Part shown: piece by piece, positions 16,906 through 24,383 of the stretch | How positions within the stretch are numbered: position 1 is the stretch's first letter | Layout of the letters: every line of letters begins with the position of its first letter | Virus record (IMG/VR): IMGVR_UViG_3300032290_000189 | Location: 1-24,502 of that record | DNA from: a virus | Lineage: Duplodnaviria; Caudoviricetes | Length of the DNA: 24,502 nucleotides | Direction: 5' to 3' (one strand) | Notes under the pieces: model-generated | The model's input: the letters and a program-made list of their open reading frames with translations, nothing else | Databases searched by the model: none | Told to the model about the DNA's origin: nothing | Translations under genes and position numbers: made by a program

Positions 16906-17585
16906 ACCACCACCTCAATCAACTTCTCTTTCTTCTTGGCTTCCTTGATGTCGGCCACAGCCCAAACGTGGTTGTGGCGGTACTCGAAGTTCCCGATATG
17001 ACCGATCTCTTTTGAAACATCGTGGTCAATGAACACCGGGATGCCTGCATCCTTCAGCAACTTGCAGAAGTACACGTCCTCCCCTTGGTAGCTGTTCGCC
17101 TCTGCAACCCACGGGGTAGCGAAGTAAGGCTTGGGGATCTGGTCAAACACACTCATCCGGCACAACATCACCCCCGTTCCAACCATATCCACCTGCTCCA
17201 GCCCGGTAGATTCTGGTCTAGTGAAAACGTCCACTTTCCGGCGCGTTTCCACATCGAAGTTCCCCGCCGTAGGTCCAATCGGCATACGCCGCTTCGGGCA
17301 GTTCGCTGCCACCACATCCATGTCACGGTCAAGAAGTCTGCTGAACAGGTCAGCGGGGAAGCGCATGTCGGAGTCCAGCCACAGAATGTGCGTAGCTCCC
17401 TCCTTCTGCGCCATATCTACCAACTCATGCCGCTGGGAAACGAGCAACGTCCCCATCGAAACGAGCGGAATAAGTGTGTCTTCTGGGAACTGTGTGCAGT
17501 GCCAGCCAACAGCAGTAGCGAAGTCGAAGGCCGTCATGACCTCCATCGCGTCCCGTGCTGGCATAGCAATCGCTAGCTTTCTCAT
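16902..17585 (-). CDS. Glycosyltransferase, GT-A fold (GT2-like, 227 aa)
   Basis: THILWLDSDM (DxD), VGTGVML, GEDVYFC, and DxxxxxGH motifs; SD GGGGAG; ATGA overlap. Confidence 0.85.
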   Translation of the reverse strand: MRKLAIAMPARDAMEVMTAFDFATAVGWHCTQFPEDTLIPLVSMGTLLVSQRHELVDMAQKEGATHILWLDSDMRFPADLFSRLLDRDMDVVAANCPKRRMPIGPTAGNFDVETRRKVDVFTRPESTGLEQVDMVGTGVMLCRMSVFDQIPKPYFATPWVAEANSYQGEDVYFCKLLKDAGIPVFIDHDVSKEIGHIGNFEYRHNHVWAVADIKEAKKKEKLIEVVV

Positions 17586-17899
17586 ACTCTCCCCGGTCTG
17601 GTTCTAAAGAACCGATTGTCTGGATCGTTCAACCACGCCTTCATCGCACGCTTGTCCCGATCAATACCCTTACGGCGCAGGTCGGACCAAACACTGAGCG
17701 GGATGGATGCAACCTTCGTCATCCCATCCTGGTAACGAGCACGCTCGTCAAAATGCTTAAACTCTGACTTGTTCGCCTCAACCAAACCGGAAACGTCCTG
17801 CAAGGATTCCAGCGTTACGATTCCCGTTTCGTCGTCGAAATGCCAGAGTTCGGTAATCCCGGTACTGGCGTCATGGTCAAATGTTCTTGTGCGAATCAT
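17582..17899 (-). CDS. Conserved hypothetical phage protein following capsid (105 aa)
   Basis: QDV..VEANK, KVASIP, WLNDPDNRFFRT pattern usually seen right after DUF5309 capsids; ATGA overlap with downstream gene. Confidence 0.7.
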   Translation of the reverse strand: MIRTRTFDHDASTGITELWHFDDETGIVTLESLQDVSGLVEANKSEFKHFDERARYQDGMTKVASIPLSVWSDLRRKGIDRDKRAMKAWLNDPDNRFFRTRPGRV

Positions 17900-17910
17900 G
17901 TAGTGGTTAC

Positions 17911-17964
17911 GGGGGCAGAGGGAGGCGATAACCTCCCTCTTTACCCACCCCGCCTTGCGGCCCC
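17911..17964 (-). terminator. GC-rich stem-loops after capsid gene (partial terminator or mRNA stabiliser; no U-tract)
   Basis: Perfect 9-bp inverted repeat AGAGGGAGG (17917-17925) / CCTCCCTCT (17932-17940); on - strand also GCC-GCAA-GGC directly after the stop. Confidence 0.55.
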
Positions 17965-18927
17965 TTAGCTAGTGATGAGGTCAGCCGCCAAGCCCTGCGC
18001 TGCTTCGTTTTTCACGCGAAGCCCGTACTCGACCGTGATCATGCGCTTCTGGGCATCGCCCGTCTTCGCAAGCTCAACCTGCTCGAACGGACGCAGATAA
18101 TCGACCGAGATCATATCCGGCTGAAGAACGAAGCCATCCTGCTCACGCTGGAAGCGGTTCGGGACGATGGAGACTTCACCGAAGTCGCCAACGTACACGT
18201 CCGCAGCACCAACGATTGCAGCCTGACCGCTCTTGACTTCCTTGTACTTCGTGGCAACGCCAGAGAAGCCGGAAGCCCGTTGCTTGTTCACCGGACCAAC
18301 CATGACCATCGTGGGGTCGCCGCCCGAGGTCCACACCTTCTGGAGAACGCTCTTGAGGATCGTTTCCGTAAAGGTACGCACCGTGCCATCAGTACGAGCC
18401 ACACCGGGGACACCCGAGGTGTAGGTGGGGTTCGTGCCGCCAGCGTCCTTATCGACGTTGGTCTTCAGGAAGGCCAGCAACGCAGCGGTCTGACGAGCAG
18501 CCGACGTGCTACCAGTGACAGCGCCCTGGTTCTGAAGCAGCGAGTATTCCATGTCCCGCTTCAGTTCCTTCATGCCCTTCGCCATGAGGTACGCCATCTC
18601 GTCAGCACGGCCAGCCTTATTGACAGCTTCGAGCGTGCCAGTCGTGATGATGACCTTCGACTGGATCTGGGTGCGGTTGCCTAGACGAACGGTAGCCGTC
18701 TGCGCCTGAGAGGTAGAAGCCCAGTCGTTGCCTTCGATCTGCGCCGTAGCGGAGGGCGAAGCCAGCGTGTCGGTCTGCCATTCAAACAGGGTGTTGGTCA
18801 CTTTGCCACGGCCAACGTTGTTGATGAACGGGGTTTCGGTGGGCGAGATGTTGTAGATCACATTCGCCAAGTCTTCACGGACGCCGATTGCATCGAATCG
18901 GGTAAAGCTATTGGTCTGGATAGCCAC
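17965..18927 (-). CDS. Major capsid protein (DUF5309 / SU10-type HK97 fold, 320 aa)
   Basis: GVREDLANVIYNISPTETPF, EWQTDTL, GNRTQI, ELKRDME, LAKTGDA..EYGL motifs; SD AAGGAG, GTG start; follows scaffold. Confidence 0.92.
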   Translation of the reverse strand: MAIQTNSFTRFDAIGVREDLANVIYNISPTETPFINNVGRGKVTNTLFEWQTDTLASPSATAQIEGNDWASTSQAQTATVRLGNRTQIQSKVIITTGTLEAVNKAGRADEMAYLMAKGMKELKRDMEYSLLQNQGAVTGSTSAARQTAALLAFLKTNVDKDAGGTNPTYTSGVPGVARTDGTVRTFTETILKSVLQKVWTSGGDPTMVMVGPVNKQRASGFSGVATKYKEVKSGQAAIVGAADVYVGDFGEVSIVPNRFQREQDGFVLQPDMISVDYLRPFEQVELAKTGDAQKRMITVEYGLRVKNEAAQGLAADLITS

Positions 18928-19866
18928 TTACTTTTCTCCTTTGAGGATTGTGTTGCGGATGAACGCAGCAGCGTCTTCGACGCGACCGCTCTTTGCCAGA
19001 CGTTGCTTCATTTGCGTAACTTCATCAGCGACCCTCGTGGGCTTCGCGCCGGGTTTCATCACAGCAACCTTGGGTTCTGCGGCTTTCACTGCCGCTACCC
19101 GCTTCTGCTGATCGAGTCCCTTCGCAGCAGCACGCAGCACGAGCACCTGACGGTGATCGTTGAAGCCGTTGAGTTCTGCATCGGACCAACCAAAGGTCTT
19201 TGCCACCTCAACGAGCTTCGCCATCTCAGCCTTGGCGGTATCCGCGTTTTTCCACTCAGGGATCGCGGCGACCAGCTTTCCATATTCCTCGTCCAGCCGC
19301 GCCTTGTACTGCTGTGCGGTTTCCTGCTCACGTACAGCCTGGATGCGTTGCGCTTCCTGCTGTGCAACGAGAGCGGCTTCCCGCTTGCGCTGGAACTCGT
19401 ACTGCTTCTTTACGGCTTCGATGGGGTTATCTGCGAACTCCTTGTCCCAATCTGGTTCTGCTGCTTGTAGCTGCTGCTGCAATGCGGGGAGTAACTGCGA
19501 ATACAGGTCCCGCTCCTGTCGGAGAGCGGCTGCTTCGGACTCCAGCGCCTTACGGTGGTCAGCTAATTCCTGGGTCTTGCGCGTGTAGTCTGCCTGACGC
19601 AGCATCCCGCGCTTGACTTCCTCTAGGGGGATCTTCTGCCCGTCAATCTCAATTGCTTGAGGTTCTGGAGCAGGTTCCTCCTGCGTGTCTTCCGTTTCCG
19701 CTTCTGCTTCGGCTTCGTCTGGGGCAGCCTCTACTTCCGCTTCCTCCGTCTCCGTGGCGTCTGCTTCGGGAGCAGCGTCTTCGGCCTGGGTCTCCTCAGT
19801 CTGAGGATTCAGGATTCCCGAAATCTGCTCTGCGGCTTGGTCAAGAGTCAAAGACGTATCGCTCAT
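18928..19866 (-). CDS. Capsid scaffolding protein (312 aa)
   Basis: Acidic Glu/Ala N-terminus, IDGQKIPLEEV..RQADYTRKTQELA motif, coiled coil, C-terminal SGRVEDAAAFI; between portal and capsid. Confidence 0.88.
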   Translation of the reverse strand: MSDTSLTLDQAAEQISGILNPQTEETQAEDAAPEADATETEEAEVEAAPDEAEAEAETEDTQEEPAPEPQAIEIDGQKIPLEEVKRGMLRQADYTRKTQELADHRKALESEAAALRQERDLYSQLLPALQQQLQAAEPDWDKEFADNPIEAVKKQYEFQRKREAALVAQQEAQRIQAVREQETAQQYKARLDEEYGKLVAAIPEWKNADTAKAEMAKLVEVAKTFGWSDAELNGFNDHRQVLVLRAAAKGLDQQKRVAAVKAAEPKVAVMKPGAKPTRVADEVTQMKQRLAKSGRVEDAAAFIRNTILKGEK

Positions 19867-20114
19867 TTATTCCCATCCTTGCCAATACGCTTCTCCACCA
19901 TCAGGGCGTTGTCGCGTACTGCGCGTAGTTCCTTCATCACGGCATCGAGAGCCTGGACTTTCATCCAGCACATCTCGCGCTCCGCGATACTTTGGGCGAA
20001 CTTCCAGTCGGCTACCGCCTGAATCTCAACGTCCTGCACCATCTCTTGAAAGAGGGCGTCATTGAGGATCATTTCGGCCTTCATGCCGCGCTGGATCTGC
20101 TCGTCGAGGGTCAC
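19863..20114 (-). CDS. Small helical head-morphogenesis protein (83 aa)
   Basis: RGxxAxxIL...W...ERE pattern; overlaps portal stop (GTGA) and scaffold start (ATGA); SD GAGG. Confidence 0.7.
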   Translation of the reverse strand: MTLDEQIQRGMKAEMILNDALFQEMVQDVEIQAVADWKFAQSIAEREMCWMKVQALDAVMKELRAVRDNALMVEKRIGKDGNK

Positions 20115-22183
20115 TGCTGCACCTCACGAGGGGCCATCTGTTCTGCCTGGATCTTCATGTCCGTCTGCTGAAGCTGCGTCTGGTACTTCAACTGCAACTC
20201 AGTGAGGGCGATTTCACGATCCTGCGCCATCTGGTCACGCGCACGGTCGTCATCTCGCAGCATCTTCTCCCGCTGTAGCTGGAGTTCCGCTGCTTTCTTC
20301 TGAATGTCTGCCTGAATGGACTGCGCCTGTACCTGCGCCAGCATTTCCTCTGGGCTAGGCTTGGCTCCCTTGGGGTCCTGATAGTTGGCCGGTACGGAGT
20401 TAAAGAACATCGAGGCGTCCGCGAATCCAGCCATCTCAACCATCTTCCGAAGCGTGTTCGAGTACTGAGCGACCGACACAACCGGGTTGTCCGCACCGAT
20501 GGTCTGGAGAATCAACTCCTGCTTTGCGGCAATCGCTTCGAGCTTCTGTCCGCGTTCGGTCGTCGTACCGCCTCCAAGGGCAATATTGATGGAAACATCC
20601 ATCTCTGCGTCCCATGAACGAGGGTCAATCTCTACCCACTGGTTACGAAGGCGCACCACGCGGGGACGATCCTGGTGCTTGATGATGAGTCGCAGCAGCC
20701 CACTAAACAGCCGCTTCATCCCGGTTTCCGCGAAGATACGCGCAATCAACTCCAGAGACTCCTGCGCTGCGGTTACGGTGGCGTTTACAGCCGCCTGAGT
20801 CGAGGACTGGAGGGTTTCAGCGGCAAGTCCCTGCGAAGCCTTGGAGCGCCCCGTACGCTGCTCCTTCACGTCATCCATGTACTGAAGCACCGGGAACGCC
20901 GCTTGTCCCACGAACGGAGTCTCGTAGGGTTGCACCATGCCGGGAGCACGCATACGGATGATTCCGCCATTCTCATTGTTGAGAACGTCTTCCATGTTGA
21001 CCTGCCCCTCAACCACCCCGGTACGGGGGTTGATCGACTGCGACAGGCTATTCAGCATCTCGCGCATCACAACCGACTTGATACGCTGCACATCCATCGT
21101 TACGTCGGAGATGGAGTTCCCGTAGAACTGGTGAGGACGGGGATCGGGACAGAACGCCGCGAACGGAACCTCGTCACAGGGGACGTTGTGGATGATGTCG
21201 GAGTCTGCGCCTAGCGCACAGATGCGGCGAAGCTCCGCTATGCCGTCTCCATCAAAGTCGATACGCGCATAACACTCGTCATAGCGCACCCGGCGCAGCG
21301 CATCATTCGCAGCGGAATCGTACTGCCCGTATTCCTTGGTGCGTGTAACGACTTCAATATCAACAGGTTGGTCACCCGCGGCTTCCTCGATCTCGTCCTT
21401 GTCGTAGCCCATTGCCACGAGTTCGCTGACGGTCGGATAACTGCGGTGGACAACGATAGATGCGTCATCGAAGGAAGTAGCGCGAGAGTCAATGAGCAAT
21501 TCTTCAGGGGGGATCGCTTTGACTCTCGCACGCTTCGTCTCAGTCTTCCGCTTGATGGTTCCGGCGAAAGTCTGGAGAGCTTGATAATTCGGGTCCTGAC
21601 CCATCGACGGGTCGTGCGGCATCTCTTCTACCTGGATATCGGCTACCTCGATACCCTCTTGGCCCATCAGGGCTTCGAGCGATAGCTGGTCGATACCAGA
21701 AAACGGAGTTGCCTCTACTTTGGTGTCTGTATCCCACCACCACTTAATGATTCCGGTCTTGAGGACCAGCGCATCCTTGAAGGCCGAATAGAACTCCTGG
21801 AAGCCAGGGTTGTCCTTCTGGATGATGTGGTTAATGTATTCGGTAGCCTGTTCCGCTACGGGAACATCTTCAGGCTTGTTCGGAGCGTACTCTACAACCT
21901 TCTCCGAGCCAAAGAAGATTCGCATCAGGCTAGGGAGGATCGCGGCTACGGAATCGCGTACATCTCGGGAGATGACCTTGCTGCGGCCCTCTACCTCGTC
22001 TCCGTAGGGATCTCCGTCGTAGCGCCGTTGGGATTCCTCGCGCTGCGGCTTGACCTCAGCCATGACGAATGACTCAGCATCCGTCACCATCGCGGCAACG
22101 ATAGCTTGCAGTTCATCTTCCGACATGCCTTCCGGCTGTTGGTCGATGGATTCGTCTTCGTTAGCCGAGGTTTGGTATTCCAT
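20111..22183 (-). CDS. Portal protein (P22-like, 690 aa)
   Basis: GRSKVISRDVRD..LPSLMRIF, FKDAL..KTGIIK, DVQRIKS..R, ELIARIFAETG motifs; Gln-rich coiled-coil C-terminal barrel; first gene of head module. Confidence 0.92.
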   Translation of the reverse strand: MEYQTSANEDESIDQQPEGMSEDELQAIVAAMVTDAESFVMAEVKPQREESQRRYDGDPYGDEVEGRSKVISRDVRDSVAAILPSLMRIFFGSEKVVEYAPNKPEDVPVAEQATEYINHIIQKDNPGFQEFYSAFKDALVLKTGIIKWWWDTDTKVEATPFSGIDQLSLEALMGQEGIEVADIQVEEMPHDPSMGQDPNYQALQTFAGTIKRKTETKRARVKAIPPEELLIDSRATSFDDASIVVHRSYPTVSELVAMGYDKDEIEEAAGDQPVDIEVVTRTKEYGQYDSAANDALRRVRYDECYARIDFDGDGIAELRRICALGADSDIIHNVPCDEVPFAAFCPDPRPHQFYGNSISDVTMDVQRIKSVVMREMLNSLSQSINPRTGVVEGQVNMEDVLNNENGGIIRMRAPGMVQPYETPFVGQAAFPVLQYMDDVKEQRTGRSKASQGLAAETLQSSTQAAVNATVTAAQESLELIARIFAETGMKRLFSGLLRLIIKHQDRPRVVRLRNQWVEIDPRSWDAEMDVSINIALGGGTTTERGQKLEAIAAKQELILQTIGADNPVVSVAQYSNTLRKMVEMAGFADASMFFNSVPANYQDPKGAKPSPEEMLAQVQAQSIQADIQKKAAELQLQREKMLRDDDRARDQMAQDREIALTELQLKYQTQLQQTDMKIQAEQMAPREVQQ

Positions 22184-22241
22184 CTTAACTATGGTTAAGT
22201 ACTAGCATGGAACTAAAGTTAACGCAAGGGGGCCTCTCCCG
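22184..22241. promoter_or_regulatory. 58-bp divergent control region between portal and terminase
   Basis: AT-rich; palindrome CTTAAC-TATG-GTTAAG at 22184-22199; on - strand TTGCGT (22227-22222), 17 nt, TAGTAC (22204-22199) promoter-like; SD-like AAGGGGG for terL. Confidence 0.55.
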
Positions 22242-23639
22242 ATGAGCAATTCTGTCTTCTCCGAATGGCTTGAGCGATATCACGCAAACCCCGTCCTGTT
22301 TGTTCAGGAAGTGATTGGGGTCGATCCAGACGCATGGCAAGCAGAGTTCATGAACGCAGTCGCCACCGGGAAGCGCCGTATCTCGATTCGCTCCGGCCAC
22401 GGTGTCGGCAAGTCTACGGCGGTGTCCTGGTTGATGCTCTGGTTCCTGCTCACAAGGAACCCATGCAAGGTCGTTGTGACCGCTCCGACCGCCCCACAGT
22501 TGTTCGACGCCCTGTTCGCTGAACTGAAGCGATGGATCAAGGCATTGCCGCAGCCGATCCTCGATTTGCTGGAGGTCAAGGCCGAGCGCATCGAGTACAA
22601 GGCTAGTCCAGAAAGTGCCTTTATTTCGGCTAGAACGAGCCGTGCGGAGTCGCCGGAAGCTCTGGCTGGTATCCACTCAGAGAACGTCCTGCTGATCGCT
22701 GACGAAGCCTCTGGCGTGCCAGAGCAGGTCTTCGAGGCTGCGTCTGGTTCTATGTCCGGCCACTCTGCCTGTACCATCCTGATCGGCAACCCGGTGCGTG
22801 GTAGCGGCTACTTCTTCGACACCCATCACAAGTTGGCATCGGAATGGTTCACGATGCGGGTTTCCTGCGATGACTCGCCGCGAGTGTCCAAGGAGTTCAT
22901 CCGAGAGATCGCCATGCGCTATGGCGAGGAGTCGAACGTCTACCGGGTCCGCGTGCTGGGTGAGTTCCCGAAGTCGGACGACGATACGGTGATTCCTTAC
23001 GAGTTGATCGAGGCGGCGACCACCCGTGACGTGGTGGCGAACCCTGAAGCGCCTATCGTATGGGGTCTGGACGTGGCCCGGTTCGGCACGGATAGCTCGT
23101 GTCTGGTGAAGCGCCAGCGCAACATCATCCTCGAACCTCCTAGAAAGTGGCGCAACCTCGACCTCATGAGTCTAGTGGGGGCAGTGGTAGCCGAATACAA
23201 CAGCACAGACAAGAAACCTGTGGAGATTCTTGTAGATAGCATCGGCCTCGGTGCGGGGGTAGTGGATCGTCTGCGGGAACTGAAACTCCCGACGAGGGGA
23301 ATTAACGTCAGCGAGTCCCCGGCACTGGGGGCTACCTACGCCAACCTGAGAGCGGAGCTTTGGTACAAGGCAAAAGCGTGGCTGGAGAAGCGAGACTGCA
23401 AGATTCCTGGAGATGAGCGGCTGGTAGGGGAACTCTCCGCGATCCGGTACGGGTTCACTTCTGGCGGGAAAATCAAGATCGAAGCCAAGGAGGACATGCG
23501 CCGCAGGGGTCTACCCAGCCCTGACGTGGCAGACGCCTTCGTTCTCACTTTTGCTAGCGATGCTGGGGTGGCCCTGTACGGGACCAGCTACTTGAGCGAC
23601 TGGGCAAAGCCGATCAAGCGGAATCTGGCGATTGCGTGA
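22242..23639 (+). CDS. terL: Terminase large subunit (465 aa)
   Basis: Adenine-binding WQ, Walker A SGHGVGKS, Walker B LLIADEASG, coupling motif IGNP, nuclease GLDVARFGTD and SPDVADA. Confidence 0.96.
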   Translation: MSNSVFSEWLERYHANPVLFVQEVIGVDPDAWQAEFMNAVATGKRRISIRSGHGVGKSTAVSWLMLWFLLTRNPCKVVVTAPTAPQLFDALFAELKRWIKALPQPILDLLEVKAERIEYKASPESAFISARTSRAESPEALAGIHSENVLLIADEASGVPEQVFEAASGSMSGHSACTILIGNPVRGSGYFFDTHHKLASEWFTMRVSCDDSPRVSKEFIREIAMRYGEESNVYRVRVLGEFPKSDDDTVIPYELIEAATTRDVVANPEAPIVWGLDVARFGTDSSCLVKRQRNIILEPPRKWRNLDLMSLVGAVVAEYNSTDKKPVEILVDSIGLGAGVVDRLRELKLPTRGINVSESPALGATYANLRAELWYKAKAWLEKRDCKIPGDERLVGELSAIRYGFTSGGKIKIEAKEDMRRRGLPSPDVADAFVLTFASDAGVALYGTSYLSDWAKPIKRNLAIA

Positions 23640-23998
23640 CCGATATGGAAAGGCGCAGCCGTCCGCTGGGAATACGCTACCTCCGTAAAGTGTGCCGGGA
23701 ATATCAAATCAAACTGCGGCTGATGGAATGGGACATACGGGTGGGGTGGGGGAGGGAGGTCGATGATCCCGACTACTGGGCAGGAGAAATGGACCGCGAC
23801 TGCGAAGGCAACGCTTGGTGGTCGGTGGAGGAGAGGAGGGCGATTATTCTCCTCGCTAAGGGTTCTAGCGCGCCGCTAGAGACGCTGAAGCATGAACTCC
23901 TGCATCTCCGACTGGAAGGACATCATGACGCATCTAAGAAGCGTTACGACGAGCATTACGAGTGGGGACTGAACGCCATCGCCGACTGCATAAAGTGA
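23636..23998 (+). CDS. Small zincin-like protein with HExxH motif (120 aa)
   Basis: TLKHELLHL motif with downstream E (EHYE); GTGA overlap with terL stop. Confidence 0.65.
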   Translation: MTDMERRSRPLGIRYLRKVCREYQIKLRLMEWDIRVGWGREVDDPDYWAGEMDRDCEGNAWWSVEERRAIILLAKGSSAPLETLKHELLHLRLEGHHDASKKRYDEHYEWGLNAIADCIK

Positions 23999-24014
23999 TG
24001 CATAAATGCATAAA
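23987..24014 (+). repeat. Three copies of TGCATAAA
   Basis: Exact copies at 23987-23994, 23999-24006, 24007-24014. Confidence 0.8.
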
Positions 24015-24021
24015 CGGTCCC

Positions 24022-24050
24022 TTTACAAAAAGAGTTAACTATGCTTAACT
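24022..24050 (+). promoter_or_regulatory. Sigma70-like promoter candidate overlapping TTAAC repeat motif
   Basis: TTTACA (24022-24027), 17 nt, TTAACT (24045-24050) with TG just upstream; -10 is non-consensus. Confidence 0.4.
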
Positions 24051-24055
24051 GTAAC

Positions 24056-24290
24056 CGCAAGTGAACCACTGCCTGAGTCACTCGTGACGGGGGTGTAGTA
24101 ACTAGTCGTGGTGAGGTTCCCTCGAAACGCGGGGAGTTGGGCCACGTTAATTCTGTTTCGTCCGCAAGACCTGGACGCCAGGGAGCGGGGAACGAAGCCC
24201 TGTAGCGAAAGCAGGGGAGCAACCACAAAGCGGTTGCCGGACGCCAACGGAAGCGTGGTCGAGACAAACTTCTAGCGAAGCGTCTTTTTA
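24056..24290 (+). ncRNA. Candidate structured non-coding RNA (or ssDNA hairpin element), family not recognised
   Basis: No credible ORF; multiple stems seen by eye (24077-24088, 24107-24146, 24170-24182, 24198-24216, 24219-24237), upstream promoter-like sequence, T5 tract at 24285-24289. Confidence 0.45.
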
Positions 24291-24383
24291 GGAACCTACG
24301 GAGGTTCTGCTTACTTCTTCCTCCTGCTACTCCAATACCTCAGTCGTACTCTCCATCCCAACACCAGATCACAGTCAGTTTGC

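Noticed and set aside
411-22072. Numerous other short + strand and alternate-frame ORFs in the ORF track
   Set aside because: Fully overlap well-supported - strand genes that tile the region; no motifs or coupling
22185-22198. TTAA..TTAA motif as CtrA box
   Set aside because: CtrA consensus is TTAA-N7-TTAA; spacing here is N6 in both copies
22185-23548. - strand ORFs (163, 161, 81, 70 aa) upstream of portal as possible terS
   Set aside because: Antisense to terL with intact motifs; no HTH or TerS-like composition
114-23998. No called gene ends in TAG; possible stop-codon reassignment
   Set aside because: All genes are full length under the standard code with no in-frame TAG interruptions; TAG is normally the rarest stop
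24070-24130. Hammerhead ribozyme-like CTGA + hairpin + CGAAAC
   Set aside because: Core CUGANGA is not present and the stems do not fit the topology
23956-24267. - strand ORFs of 103 and 70 aa in the terminal region
   Set aside because: No SD, Arg/Pro-rich non-protein-like composition; region is better explained as structured non-coding sequence
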